A stretch of 64,000 nucleotides of DNA from an uncultured Planctomycetota bacterium (GCA_963849325.1 CAWKHF010000010.1:448001-512000), one strand, 5' to 3'; numbered from the stretch's first letter, positions 11,344 to 22,560 are shown. Notes: a model not told the origin generated them from the letters alone. Program-made: numbers and translations.

Positions 11344-13448
11344 CGAAAGACGGTTCCTGGTCGCCGTCGCGTCCCATGAGCACGGCGCCGCGGAGCTGGA
11401 CGTGGAGGGCGGCCAATCGTTGCCGGGCGGCCTCGATGATCGGCACACGGCTGGCGCCGCTGCGGACGGACAGAAGTACCGCGTCGGCGTGCGTGCTCAG
11501 GAGGAGGGCGTCGGCGACGGGCAGCACCGGACAGGCATCGAGGATGACAAACTCAAACTGTTCCTTGAGACGATCGAAGAGTTGGCCGGCACCGTCCTGG
11601 GCGAGGGCCTGGATGGCGTGGGTGTCCCCGTGCCCGGCCGGGACGATCCACAGGCGGCTCAGGCCGGTCGGCTGGATGACGTCGGACGCCTCGGCCTCGC
11701 CGCGCAGCATCTCGCTCAGGCCCGGTTCCAGCGGCGTCTCAAACAGCGCGTGCGCCTCCGGCTTGCGCAGGTCGGCGTCGATGAGCAGCGTCTTGCGCCA
11801 GCCGCGCGCCAGGCTGGCGGCCAGGCGGACGGCCAGCGACGTCTTGCCCTCTCCCGCCACCGCGCTGGTAATCAAGAGCACGCGCGGGCCGCTAGCACCG
11901 TCACGCAGCAGCACTGTCCGCAGGGCGTCCATTGCTTCATGGACACGACCCTGTCCGTCCAGGTCGGCCCGCGTCATCTTCTGACGTCCCCGTACTTCCG
12001 GAATACACCCGATAACCGGCAAACCCAGCCCATGCACGAGGTCGCTGGCCGACGTGACGCGCCGCCGGCGGAACTCACGCCAACAGACGATCAGGACGAT
12101 CAGGGCACCGCTGCTCGAACCGGCGATCCCCGCTAACCGCGCCCGATGCTCCAGGTTGTCCTGCCGCAGCGTGATCGTCCCATCCCATCCGCCCGCTGCC
12201 GAGGCGTTGGCAGCGGTGTTCTCGGCGCGGCGGACCTCGTCGTCGAGCTTTCGCAGGCGTTCATCCCCGGCCGCTATTTCCCCTTGCAACGTCTTTAACT
12301 CTTCCGCGGCGGAAGTGCCGCCCAGTTTCTCGACTTCCTGTTCCAGTGATTTCACGAGGCGTTCGCAAAAGGCCACGCGCTCGCGCTGACGATCCAGCCG
12401 CGCTTGATACTCCTCCATCGCTCGGGCGCGGGTCTGCTGCTCGACGACGGGCCGAATCTCCTCGGCACGCCGTTTCATCCTCATGCTCGCCTCGTCGCGC
12501 CGCCGCTCGAAGGCCGGCAGACTCGGATCGCGTTCCTGCAGGGCTGAAACGCGAAGCACCTGCCGAATCTGCTCCTCCGCCGCCTCCAACTCCGCCAAGC
12601 ACCTCTGGCCGACGGGATCTCTGCTTCAGATACGACAGCACGGCCTCTTCGGGGACCGTCACTTGATTGACGCCCCCTTGCCGCCGCTCCTGGGCGGCGA
12701 GTTCGTTCCGTGCCAGCCGCAGGTCGGAACGTGCTTGCCGGCACTCCTTCTGGGCGTCCGCCAACCGGGTGTTCTCCAACTGGGCCAACCGTTGACGCTG
12801 GTGGCGCAGGCTGTCTTGCACCGGGGTCCGCGCCGCTTGCAACAGGTTCAAGTCGGCCTGGCGCTGGCGGGCGGTCTCGGCCAGATAGGTTTCCGCGACT
12901 GCCTGCGCGAGCACGGCCGTTTCGCCGGCACGGGGGCCGCTGACGCGAACTTGCAGGATGTCCGGGATCGAAGTGGCTTCGACGCGGAGATGGTTGCCGA
13001 GCCAGGCCAACGGGTCGTTTTCCCGGCGAATCGCCGGCAAGGTCGCCACGTCCGGCCGGCGCAGTACCGCCTCCAGCACGACCGAGGACGGAACCAGGGC
13101 CGTCTGCGTCCGCTGAAAGCGGGCGATCTCGTCTTCGCCGCCCTCCTGTCCCGAAGTCGCGGACCACGCGACCGGGATGCGCACACGGACTTCGGCGCTG
13201 TACTGCTCGGGCAGGAAACGCCACAACAGCGCGGCCGCCAATCCGCCGGCCAGCAAACCCAGGCTCGAAGCGAGCAGCCCGCACTGTCGAAATGCTTTGA
13301 AGAATCGGCTCGGGAGAGATGGCGGCGCGACGGACACAGGTTCGGATTTCAACTCGGAGGAGGCAGCGTCGCCCGAGGGCGAGAGGGGAGAGGCGGGTGG
13401 GTCGGAAAGGGCCGTTCGGGTGGCTGATCTGGGACCCTTACGTGCCAT
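11336..13448 (-). CDS. Wzc-like polysaccharide co-polymerase / tyrosine autokinase, frameshift ~12620
   Basis: TM - coiled coil - TM, then ITSAVAGEGKT (Walker A), LIDADLRKP (A') and VILDACPVL (B). No Tyr-rich tail visible. Confidence 0.85.
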
Positions 13449-13605
13449 GGCAAGCTCTCCGATGACAGGTTCCCCCTCCGGGATCGAGCCGGCCGGACAG
13501 ACGGGAATCTGAAGATTTATACGCCATAAATCACCTCCTGCCAAATGAAGGCGCCCCGAAGGAAGCACCCGGAAGCACCGACTCCCCGGCACATCCGGCT
13601 TTGTC

Positions 13606-15195
13606 TTACATTTCCCGCTCTCCCGACTCGTTCGAGATCGGCTCGAACAGAAGCACGTCCAGTCCCGTGAACTGCCGGCGGCTTGTCAGTCGCATGCCGA
13701 ACCCTCCCAGGAACTCGGGGATAGCTTGCCCGTATGGCCCTTGCCAAATTGTTTCCGGAGGCGTAATGACCCACAAACGCGCCCCCCGGACGCTGGTAAC
13801 GAGTTGGTTCGCGGGTGTGTAGGAACCCAGACAGGTCCGCCGCCCTCGGTAGTACACTTCAAACACTTCGGGGTGCGACACCCAGCACAGATCCTGCTCG
13901 TGTCGGTTCTGATCGACGTACACGAAGGCGTTGCGGAAATCGCTCTTCGTCCCGACGAGGACGAGATACTTGCATGCCCGGATGGACCCTGGCACCAGAA
14001 GAACGAGGGCGAGGAGCACGGCGACCGAGGCGCGGCGGGAACCGGCTCGGTTCGCCACCGCCTCGACACCGAGGAGAGCGAGCAGCCACACACAGGGGAC
14101 GGCGAAAAACACGGTACGATCGGCCATTGGATAGCGGCCGACGAGGGCCATCAGCCAACCCAGTCCGATCGGGCCGCTGAGTAACACGGCCAACGGCGGC
14201 GATCTTCGCCAACAGCAGGCCGCGCCGAGAAGTCCCAGGATCAGCAGGGGGATGCCGAGCGAGGTCGTGCCATAGTCGCCGATGCCGATCAGACAGCGAA
14301 TCGACCAATCCAGGATCGCACGCGGAGAATGTCCGTTAGGGAACCCCCCGCACTCGACCCAGAAGTCGTGCAGGCCCAGTGAATACAGATGGCGAGCGTG
14401 AAACCACCAGAGACTGAACCCCGACAGCAGCAGCAAGCCGTTGAGGAGTATCCAGTACAGCCAAGCGACGCGGTCCCCACGTCGGCCGACATCGAGGAGA
14501 AGAGCCAGACTCACGGCACCCAGGACGAGCGCGCTGGGGAAAGAGATCCAGGGAGCGAGGCCGGCCAGCAGCAGTAGTCCGATCCGACACCAGCCACGGG
14601 ACGAATCCGGCGACGAGGGGCGAAGAAGGATTATCCCCACGAGGAGGATCGCTTCGGTCAGGAGGAAATCGCTACTGTACGGATGCACCTCGTTGGCGTG
14701 TACCATGGCGTGATGGGAGAACGTACCTAGCCCCACGGCGAGCAATGCGCCCGGCGATCCGAGGATGCGCCGAGCCAGGAAGAACATCAGTCCGAGGGCG
14801 GCGAGGGATGCCGCCGTGGCGGGCAGCCGCATCACCCATTCCGCCCCGCCCAGCGCTGCGTACAATCCGCGCAGCAGGCACAGCAACAAGGGAGCCATCA
14901 CCTGCTGTGCCCGCAGAGGGCCGAACAATTCTCGACAAGGTTTGTCGTAAATGTTCACCAGGAGATACGCTTCGTCGTACCAGTACGAGGGGCAGGCGAA
15001 GAATTGCCGCAAACGGATCGCCGTGCCGAAAAGCAGAAGGAGGACCAAGAGAAGCGGCGACCAGCGGCGCCAGGCCGCGAAGGATGACGGGGGGACATCA
15101 AGGACCGCGGACTCCGCTGCCTCCTTTGCGGTTGTCGGAACCGCCGCGAATCGCCATGCCATGAGAGAGTATCCTTTCCGGCGGCCGCGGCTCAC
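13606..15195 (-). CDS. GT-C fold membrane glycosyltransferase (PMT/GT39-like)
   Basis: YWYDEAYL after the first TM helix, MRLPA, many TM helices. Start codon uncertain. Confidence 0.75.
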   Translation of the reverse strand: MSRGRRKGYSLMAWRFAAVPTTAKEAAESAVLDVPPSSFAAWRRWSPLLLVLLLLFGTAIRLRQFFACPSYWYDEAYLLVNIYDKPCRELFGPLRAQQVMAPLLLCLLRGLYAALGGAEWVMRLPATAASLAALGLMFFLARRILGSPGALLAVGLGTFSHHAMVHANEVHPYSSDFLLTEAILLVGIILLRPSSPDSSRGWCRIGLLLLAGLAPWISFPSALVLGAVSLALLLDVGRRGDRVAWLYWILLNGLLLLSGFSLWWFHARHLYSLGLHDFWVECGGFPNGHSPRAILDWSIRCLIGIGDYGTTSLGIPLLILGLLGAACCWRRSPPLAVLLSGPIGLGWLMALVGRYPMADRTVFFAVPCVWLLALLGVEAVANRAGSRRASVAVLLALVLLVPGSIRACKYLVLVGTKSDFRNAFVYVDQNRHEQDLCWVSHPEVFEVYYRGRRTCLGSYTPANQLVTSVRGARLWVITPPETIWQGPYGQAIPEFLGGFGMRLTSRRQFTGLDVLLFEPISNESGEREM

Positions 15196-15437
15196 CAGAA
15201 GGGGCTTGGGATCGCCGTGTTGTTGGCATCGGCTAGGCGTGAGGTTGACTTGAATCCGAGTCCCTTTGGCGGAAGAATGGACGACGTTCCTTATCGATGG
15301 GGGAATTTTCCACAGGACGCGAACCTTTGGTCCGGTGCGCGTGTCTTCTTCAAGTGAAACCCAACCACCCCTCGTTTCGCGCCCTTGACGGAGGAGGAAT
15401 CCGAACGCGACCTTGCGAGATCAACGCATCTTCGCAT

Positions 15438-15543
15438 CCGTATCGAGAGTGGCGCGAGGGATTGGGCCCGATGACCGCCACGGCAAGACTGGTCCAGCCG
15501 CCAAGTTGCCAAGGCCTACCCCCCAAATGGGGGAACGATACGG
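15438..15543 (+). ncRNA. SAM-I (S-box) riboswitch aptamer
   Basis: P1 CCGTATC/GATACGG; ATCGAGAG; kink-turn P2 GAGGGA-TTGG-GCCCGATGA; P3 CGGCAA...TTGCCAA; pseudoknot TGGG/CCTA; P4 CCCCC-AAAT-GGGGG. Confidence 0.85.
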
Positions 15544-15573
15544 CTCCACGGGAGCAACCAAGGGCGGATCGGC

Positions 15574-15602
15574 AAATCCTCGCTTGGAGGGTTTTCTTCT
15601 TC
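15574..15602 (+). terminator. Candidate riboswitch expression-platform terminator
   Basis: AAATCCTC-GCTTG-GAGGGTTT followed by TCTTCTT, about 30 nt after P1. Confidence 0.5.
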
Positions 15603-15825
15603 GCCAGGCTGCCGTCTCTCTCGGCCTCGGGTCGGCGGAGGTGGACCAAGCCTCTATCCGCGAAAACTCCCTTTTGTTCCTCGTGATGCCTTGAAGCGGC
15701 GTTGCGATTCGTCCCCGCGCGACGCCTCCCATTGCAACGACCTCGCTTCTGTCCACGGAAGCCTTGGCTGACGATCTCTTTGCACCTCGCAACGCACGGG
15801 AGTCCCAGAGAAGGAGGACGGCAAC

Positions 15826-16425
15826 ATGGTGGCCCAAGTAGGATCCATTGCGGAAATGGCGGACATGCCCGAAGAGCGCGAGAGTACGATTGACCGGGCC
15901 CGGGCCGGAGACCGAACGGCCTACGGGGAGTTGGTGAGGTGGTTCCGTCCGGCCATTTACAGCGTGCTGCTGGCCTGGCTGCGCGACCCGGCCGAGGCCG
16001 ACGACGTGGCCCAGGAGGTGTTTCTGCACAGCATGCGCAAGATCGGCCAGCTGCGCGATACACGCTGCTTCGCCTCCTGGCTGCGGCAGATCGCCGTGCG
16101 ACTGGCGCTCAACCGCCTCAGTCGCCGCCGTTCCGTGAGCAACTTGACCCACCTCCGCCAGTCGTCGCTGCCCGACGGCGGCGCCGACCCCCTCGACGAG
16201 ATGGTACGGGCCGAGGAGCAGGGACAGGTCCGCGAAGGGCTGAGCCATCTGAAGCCGCTGGACCGCGCCATGCTGGAGGCGTTCTATCTCCGCAGCCGCT
16301 CCTTGCGAGAGATCAGCGAGGAATTCGACGCCCCGCTCGGCACGATCAAGCGCCGCTTGCACATCGCCCGACAGCGTCTGCGCCGGCTTCTCGAGGGGGG
16401 GCAGGACTCTTCTGCCGTCGAATAA
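15826..16425 (+). CDS. ECF-family RNA polymerase sigma factor
   Basis: GDRTAYGELV, EADDVAQEVF, FASWLRQIA (region 2); SLREISEEFDAPLGTIKRRLHIARQRLR (region 4); RBS AAGGAGG. Confidence 0.93.
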   Translation: MVAQVGSIAEMADMPEERESTIDRARAGDRTAYGELVRWFRPAIYSVLLAWLRDPAEADDVAQEVFLHSMRKIGQLRDTRCFASWLRQIAVRLALNRLSRRRSVSNLTHLRQSSLPDGGADPLDEMVRAEEQGQVREGLSHLKPLDRAMLEAFYLRSRSLREISEEFDAPLGTIKRRLHIARQRLRRLLEGGQDSSAVE

Positions 16426-16439
16426 ACGGCCTTCTACAT

Positions 16440-16477
16440 CCCGCGCGGCACCGGTGCCACGCGGGTCTGCTTTTTGT
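16440..16477 (+). terminator. Candidate intrinsic terminator after the ECF sigma gene
   Basis: cccgcgcggcaccggtgccacgcggg hairpin followed by tctgcttttt. Confidence 0.55.
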
Positions 16478-16604
16478 CCACGCTACACGGTTGCTCTTGG
16501 GCCGACGCTGTGGTCCAATGGGGCACCGAGACCGCGCCGGCGACAGGGAGTCTCCGCACTGACGGTCTCGCCAGGCCGCACGAGGTGCGAGGGAGCAGCC
16601 GACG

Positions 16605-17892
16605 ATGGGATGCGACATGCTGGTGGCCTTGTCCCAGGCGACCCAGGACGGCGGGACGCTCTTCGGTCACAACTGCAACCGGCCCGAGGGGGAAGAGGTG
16701 TCTCTGCTCCGCGTGGCGGGGCGGGCCTTCGCACCAGGCGAAAGCATCCAGGCCGGCGACGTCGTCTTGCCGCAGGTGCGGCGAACGTGGACGGTGCTCG
16801 CCAGCCGTGGCCCCGGTCAGTGGGGCTACGCGCACGGCCTCAACGAACACGGCGTCTCCATCGGCCTGACCACCATCCGTACCCGGCGGCGCGAAGCGGC
16901 CCCTGCCCTGAGAGGGCCGGACCTGGTTCGTCTGGGCCTGGAGCGGGCGACCGGGGCCCGCCAAGCCGTCGATGGGATCACGGACCTGGTCGGCCGTCAC
17001 GGCCAGGGTGTGACCGACGCCGGGCTTGATTCCGCTTTCCTCATCGCCGACAACCGCGAGGCGTTCGTCGTCGAGACGTTCGGGTCGCACTGGGCGGTAC
17101 AGCACGTCGGCGCGGTTCGCGCCGTCAGCGACGTTTGCCATCTGCGCCGGGACTGGGACCAGTTGTCGTCCGGCCTGTCCGAACTGGCGATCGCGCGGGG
17201 GTGGTGGCCGGCCGACGGCAGCAAGCTCGACTTCGCCGGGGCCGTCGCCGCCGAAGGCGGTGACAACGCCGCGTCCTTGCGGCGCTGGGGGCGGGCCACA
17301 CTGATGCTGGAGCAGTCCAACGGACAGATCAACCTGGCCATGCTGCGGCGCGTGCTGAGCGATCACTTCGAGGATGGTAGCGACGAAGCCCATCTCGCCG
17401 GGTCGTCCCTTTCCATCGCACGCGGCGGGATGAGCCTGTGCCGGCACGCGATTGCAACGTCCACGTCGCGCACGGCGGCCAGCCTCCTCACGCAAACCGG
17501 CTCGGATGCCGTGCTGCCGATCGCCTGGTACAGTTTCGGTCCGCCATGCCTATCGGTGTACTTCCCGCTCCCGCTCGTGGGCGAACTGCCAGCCGAATGG
17601 CAGTCCACCGGGGACGGCTCAAGCAAACGTCTGGGCGATTGGCTGCGGCGCCGGCCGGGTGAACCCGAGCAGTTCGTCGCGCTGCGCCGCCCTGACGGAG
17701 TTACAGGAACGCTTCGATCAGGAGACGCGCGCGTTTGTCGCCGAGGCCGCCGAACTATGCCACCGCGGCGAGAGCGAGCGGCTGCCGCGTTTGGCGGAAC
17801 TATTCATGCGGCACAACCTGGAATCCTTTGAAACTCTGTACGAGGACTTTCCGCCAGCACGCACAAGTACGGCAGCTCCCGCGCGAACCTAA
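16605..17892 (+). CDS. Peptidase C69 / secernin-like Ntn hydrolase, frameshift ~17690
   Basis: N-terminal MGCDMLVA (Cys nucleophile), LFGHNCNRP, WGYAHGLNEHGVSIG, DLVRLGLERA, FLIAD. Confidence 0.8.
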
Positions 17893-17923
17893 AGCGCCTT
17901 CCATCCTTGAGGGAGCGTATCGC

Positions 17924-19349
17924 TCACTTCTTCGCTTTCTCCTTCTCCGCCACGCTGGCGACATAGGCGCGGACCTGCTTCATCCAATCCAGGGGATAGT
18001 GAGGGGAACCGACCACGAAGTTGCCGAGGAGCTTGAATTGCCGATCGGACTCGAGCAAGAGTCCGCATGTGTAGCAGAGGGCGGCGTAGCGGCTTCGATC
18101 GACGTAGTAGTCGGGGTAGTGCCGCAGATACTCGTCGTAGGCCGTTTGAAGATCGTGACGTACCTCCTCCGAGTGGTAGTATTTCGTGCGCTCCTCCTTG
18201 GAGAGGTGCTGCCCGGCCCGGAAGTGGGCATCGGGCAGTAGCAGCGTAATGCCGGCACGCCAGTTCCCCGTGTCACGGCAAGCGCGTCCGAAGGCCAGCA
18301 TGTCCTTGAGGCTGCCATGCCACTTTGGGTCCAGCCAGTCCAGCTTGGCCACGCACGCCAGCTTGAAGTCGCCGTCCGCCTTCATGGCTCGCTCGAACCA
18401 TTTTTCCATCTCGTCTCGATCACCGCCGATACCCTTCTCGACCATGAGCATCAGGGTCGCTGTGCGCGGGTCGTTCGGCTTCAGCGCCCAGGACCGCTCG
18501 ATGGCTTCGCGGGCCTCCTCCAATCGTTCGCGGAATTTCTTCCAGCCTTCCTCCGCTACGGTGTTGGCGAAACCGTTGCCCCGCGCCTCCCAGGCGTAGT
18601 TGATGAGAAATTGCGCGCGTACCTGCAAGCGGATCCCTTTCAGGGCCGAGATGCGAGCCAACACGGCATCGACGCGCTGGAACGCGGCCTCCGCCTCCAT
18701 GCCCAGGCGGCGGTGGCCGGCGAGCACGATCAAGGGTGTATCGAACCAGGTTTGCTCCACGTTGGTGTTGCGCTCGTCCTCCTTGACGCTTTGGGACAGG
18801 AGGGCCAGCGCCGCGTCGTACAGGCGGGCCGCTTCCTTGCGCCTCGGAGGTCAGATCCTGTTTGCGACAGATCACGTCGGCGGCCGCGCGGAGGGCGACT
18901 ATCCGCCGGAAGGGAGAGTAGGCGCTGCCCTCCAGGGCGGTGGCGGCGGCCGTGTAACGGCGTTCCAAATCGGCTGGGCTGGAAATATTCCCATCGTACG
19001 ACCCACGCGCCAAGAGATAGAGGATAAGCGGGTCGTCGCATCCGGCGTCAATGGCCCGCTTGGCCGGTTCGTAGAACTGATCGACCTTGACCCAAGGATC
19101 CACCTGACGGCTGAAGTGGCGGGCGGCTGCCTCCAGCGCTTGATGCGCCGCCTCGTCCCAGCGATGGTCTCTCTTGCCGACCTTGTCGTAGGCGCCGGCG
19201 AGGGTGCGCCGGTTCCACGCCAGCGTATCGGCGAGGCGTTTCTCCTGCCGCTGTGGATCTTGAGGGATAGGTTGGTCGTACTCGCCGGCCGAGGCCGAGG
19301 GAGCGGCGAAGCACAGGCCGGCCAGGGAGGTCAGAAGGAGGCGTCGCAT
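17924..19349 (-). CDS. Secreted helical-repeat protein with DUF4034-like region, frameshift ~18850
   Basis: Signal peptide MRRLLLTSLAGLCFAAPSASA; YAWEARGNGFANTV and LDPKWHGS motifs. Confidence 0.65.
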
Positions 19350-19620
19350 GGGGTAACTCCTTGGGTGGAGGAACGGCGGCGAGTCGATCCAGTCGTCGGC
19401 GCCGGGAGGTCGCGCCGGCGGCGCGATGGTCCTGCGGCAAAGCCGATGAGCGTTAGAATACCGCAGGCGGGCGCTCGAAGGAAGGGGGCGGCTCGCGGAG
19501 CGATGGCAATGGCTCCGCGACCAACGCAAGCCTTTCGCAACCCGAGCGCGGGTGCGAGTCGCCGAACCGCTTGGAGAGCCGGAAAGCTCTTGCTCCCGAT
19601 GCTCTGGTGGCCCATCATGA

Positions 19621-20640
19621 GTGCTGAATCCTCCTATTCGTCAACGGATCCTCATTGTGTTCCCTCTTGCCTTCCCGCAACGCTGGTGGCCGGCGCGACG
19701 CCCTCCGGCGGAGACATCGGCACCTTACGAAGTCGCCTGCTCCTGTGGCCGCTCGCTGCGCGGCCAGCGGCAGCGCCATCACCAGATGGTGTCGTGTCCA
19801 GGCTGCGGGCAAAGTCATTTGGTTTTCCCCAGCAGTCCCTGGCCCGGCGTCGGCAAAGCCGTCGTCTCGACGTCCGGCCTCGCGGGACCGCCCCATGCAT
19901 CGCACGCGAACTTGTGGCGACTAGTGCTGGTCATCCTCGCCGGCGGTGCGGCAACGGCGGCACTGCTCGTCCTGCTCGTTAAGCCGTATCTGCGACGCGC
20001 AACCGTCCCCGCTCCGCGAACGGACACGGCGGACATCCACGCCCGCATGGAGTCCGGTCGGCGCCACCTCCGAGGCGGAGAAGTCCGTCTCGCCCGCAAC
20101 GAACTGGATGCGGCCCTCCAGCAACACCAACGGAATCCCGATTCCCTTAGCCGCGAGGAGTCCCGTCGCCTCCATCAGCTCCTCCGCGAAAGCGACCTGC
20201 TGGCCCGCCTTCTCGACGATCCTCTGGAGCAGGTCCTTCGCCAGGCTCTGTCCCACCGCAACGACGAAGAATGGCGCGAGAAGTTCGCGGACTATCGCGG
20301 CCGTGCGGTCGTGTTCGATGATGTGCTCCGCCGCGACCCGATGGGCCGGCCGACACTGGGCTTTTACGTCGTGCGTATGGCGGATGTCGAAGCGCGGGTC
20401 GCCCTCGAAGACCTGCCGTTGCTGCGGCAGTTGCCGCTCGATCCGCCGCAACGTTGGTTGTTCGGCGCTCGGCTGGCGGACTGCCGCCGCGAAGAGGGTG
20501 GCACGTGGGCCTTCCATTTCGAGCCGGACAGTGCCGTATTGCTGACGGACGAGGATGCCGCGGCGGCCTGCTGTCCCGGTCCACTGGACGCGGAGCTGCG
20601 CGCCGCCTTACGGCGCCAGGACGACTGGTTGCAACGATGA
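19621..20640 (+). CDS. Hypothetical membrane protein with N-terminal zinc ribbon
   Basis: CSCG...CPGCG, one TM helix, helical middle region. Start may be GTG 19657. Confidence 0.65.
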   Translation: MLNPPIRQRILIVFPLAFPQRWWPARRPPAETSAPYEVACSCGRSLRGQRQRHHQMVSCPGCGQSHLVFPSSPWPGVGKAVVSTSGLAGPPHASHANLWRLVLVILAGGAATAALLVLLVKPYLRRATVPAPRTDTADIHARMESGRRHLRGGEVRLARNELDAALQQHQRNPDSLSREESRRLHQLLRESDLLARLLDDPLEQVLRQALSHRNDEEWREKFADYRGRAVVFDDVLRRDPMGRPTLGFYVVRMADVEARVALEDLPLLRQLPLDPPQRWLFGARLADCRREEGGTWAFHFEPDSAVLLTDEDAAAACCPGPLDAELRAALRRQDDWLQR

Positions 20641-20722
20641 AAAAACCCGCTGCTAGCTCTCCCAGTGGTGCCGGCACTGGCAGGGCCGCATGGCGGGTCC
20701 AAGGGAGCTTTTGGGAAAACGA

Positions 20723-20941
20723 TCAGGACGCCGGACGCGCTCGGCCGGGGGCGACAGTCAGAAAATCGCGGAGCAAATGACGAACCATCGCTCCCGTCGT
20801 CAAGCCGCGCTGGTGAGCGACCGTCTCCAGGATCGAAGCCTGCCAGCCGGGCAACAGCAGGGGGATCTCCACCACTTCCTCGGCCGTCAAGGGCGTCCGT
20901 GGTTCCTCAACGCACAGCGTGGAACGGGAGGGGGTACTCAT
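20723..20941 (-). CDS. Small hypothetical protein, possible ribbon-helix-helix fold
   Basis: VVEIPLLLPGWQASILETVAHQRGLTTGAMVRHLLRDFL has a strand-helix-helix pattern; divergent from rsgA. Confidence 0.55.
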   Translation of the reverse strand: MSTPSRSTLCVEEPRTPLTAEEVVEIPLLLPGWQASILETVAHQRGLTTGAMVRHLLRDFLTVAPGRARPAS

Positions 20942-21187
20942 GGCAATCGGTCCTGACAGAGGGGATAGGCGACATTCTTTCTCCAAAGCAAACTCAATGC
21001 CAGAAGCTTTGGCTTGTTCCACTTGAGACGCAAAACTTTTCATCTTCTCAGCTTCCGCAATGCGGCGTTCAGAAAGTTGGATTACGCCCCCTGCAAGGTG
21101 CTTGCACTTTCGACAACCAATGCCCGTTTGCGGGGCGATACAATAGGACAGGGAACAATCCGCGAACGATCCCCGGAGGGGCAGCAC

Positions 21188-22380
21188 GTGGCGAAGAAGA
21201 AGAAGGTCCGCGTGGACATGCGGAAGAATCGGTCCAAGCCGCCGCGTCCGCGGGGCTGGACGCGCGACTTTCAGGACCACGGCTTCGCCGAGGAAGCGAC
21301 GACCGGGCAGGAGCGCGTGCGTGCCAAAGGAGACTTATCGCGGCGACGGACCATCATCCAGGACGAGACGGGGGCCGCCGTTGCCGCGGGACAGGAGCCG
21401 GCGGAGATGCCGACCGTGGACGTCTCGACCTGTTTACCCGGTCGCGTTCTACGCGTGCATCGGCTGTTCAGCGTGGTCGAAACGGCGGATGGCCGGTCGT
21501 ACCGCTGTGTGGTGCGCCGCTTGCTGCGCACCCTGGCCACGCACGAGCGCAACATCGTGACCACCGGCGACCGCGTCTGGATTCGTCCCACCGCAGTCGG
21601 CGGCGCCTGCATGCCGGCGGCCGGGGAGACAGCCACGGCGGACCCGGCACTCGAAGGATGGATCGAGCGCGTCGAGCCGCGCCACGGCCTGCTGACTCGG
21701 GCGTCGCGCGGACGCGAACACGTCCAGGTCGCCAACGTCGATCAGGTCGTGTTCGTCCTGTCGCTGGTCGAGCCGGAACTGAAGCCGCACCTGATCGACC
21801 GCTACCTCGCCAGCGCCGAGCAGGGCGGCATTCGGCCGATCCTCTGTCTGAACAAGGCCGACCTCGTGGACCCGGCGCGACTATCAGCCGCTGGTCGGGC
21901 TGTACAGCCAACTCGGCGTGCCGACGCTGCTGACCAGCGCCGCCGACGGCACCGGCATGGACCATGCTGCGCCAGCGTCTGCGCGACCGGGAAACCGTCT
22001 TTACCGGGCAAAGCGGCGTGGGCAAATCGTCGTTGCTCAACGCCATCCAGCCGGGCCTGGGCCTGCGCGTGCGCGAGGTCAGCGACGTCAACCAGAAGGG
22101 CCGGCACACGACGACGACAGCCGAACTGATCCGGCTCGACTTCGGCGGCTGGGTGGTGGACACGCCGGGCGTCCGGCAATTCCAGCTGTGGGACCTGCGG
22201 CCCGAGGAGGTCGAGGGGTTCTTCGCCGAGTTTCGGCCGTTCGTACCGCTGTGCGGCTACCCCGACTGCACGCACACCCACGAGGACCGCTGCGCCGTCA
22301 AGCGCGCCGTCTTCCGCCGACAGATCGGCATCTCCCGTTACACCAGCTACCTCGGCCTGTTCGCCGGCGAGGGAGCTTGA
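21188..22380 (+). CDS. rsgA: Ribosome small subunit-dependent GTPase A, frameshifts ~21880 and ~21960
   Basis: VANVDQV, LNKADL, GQSGVGKSSLLN, GRHTTT, DTPG and CxYPDCxHxxExxC zinc site. Confidence 0.95.
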
Positions 22381-22560
22381 GGAGAACGGCCTCTCGGGAC
22401 GTATCAAAGCGGTATCCTCCCGCCTATAATGATAAATAGAGGAGAGAAGCCCACTTTTCGCCCGGGACAGAAACGGCGTTGTCCAGGACGCCGGCGCGAA
22501 TCCGTGGGGGCCGAGCGGATCGACGCAGCGGGATCGACCCATGTGAGGGGAGAGTGCATC

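Noticed and set aside
16605-17892. C69 peptidase as part of the SAM-controlled transcript
   Set aside because: A terminator-like hairpin and a ~180-nt gap follow the sigma gene, so co-transcription is unsupported.
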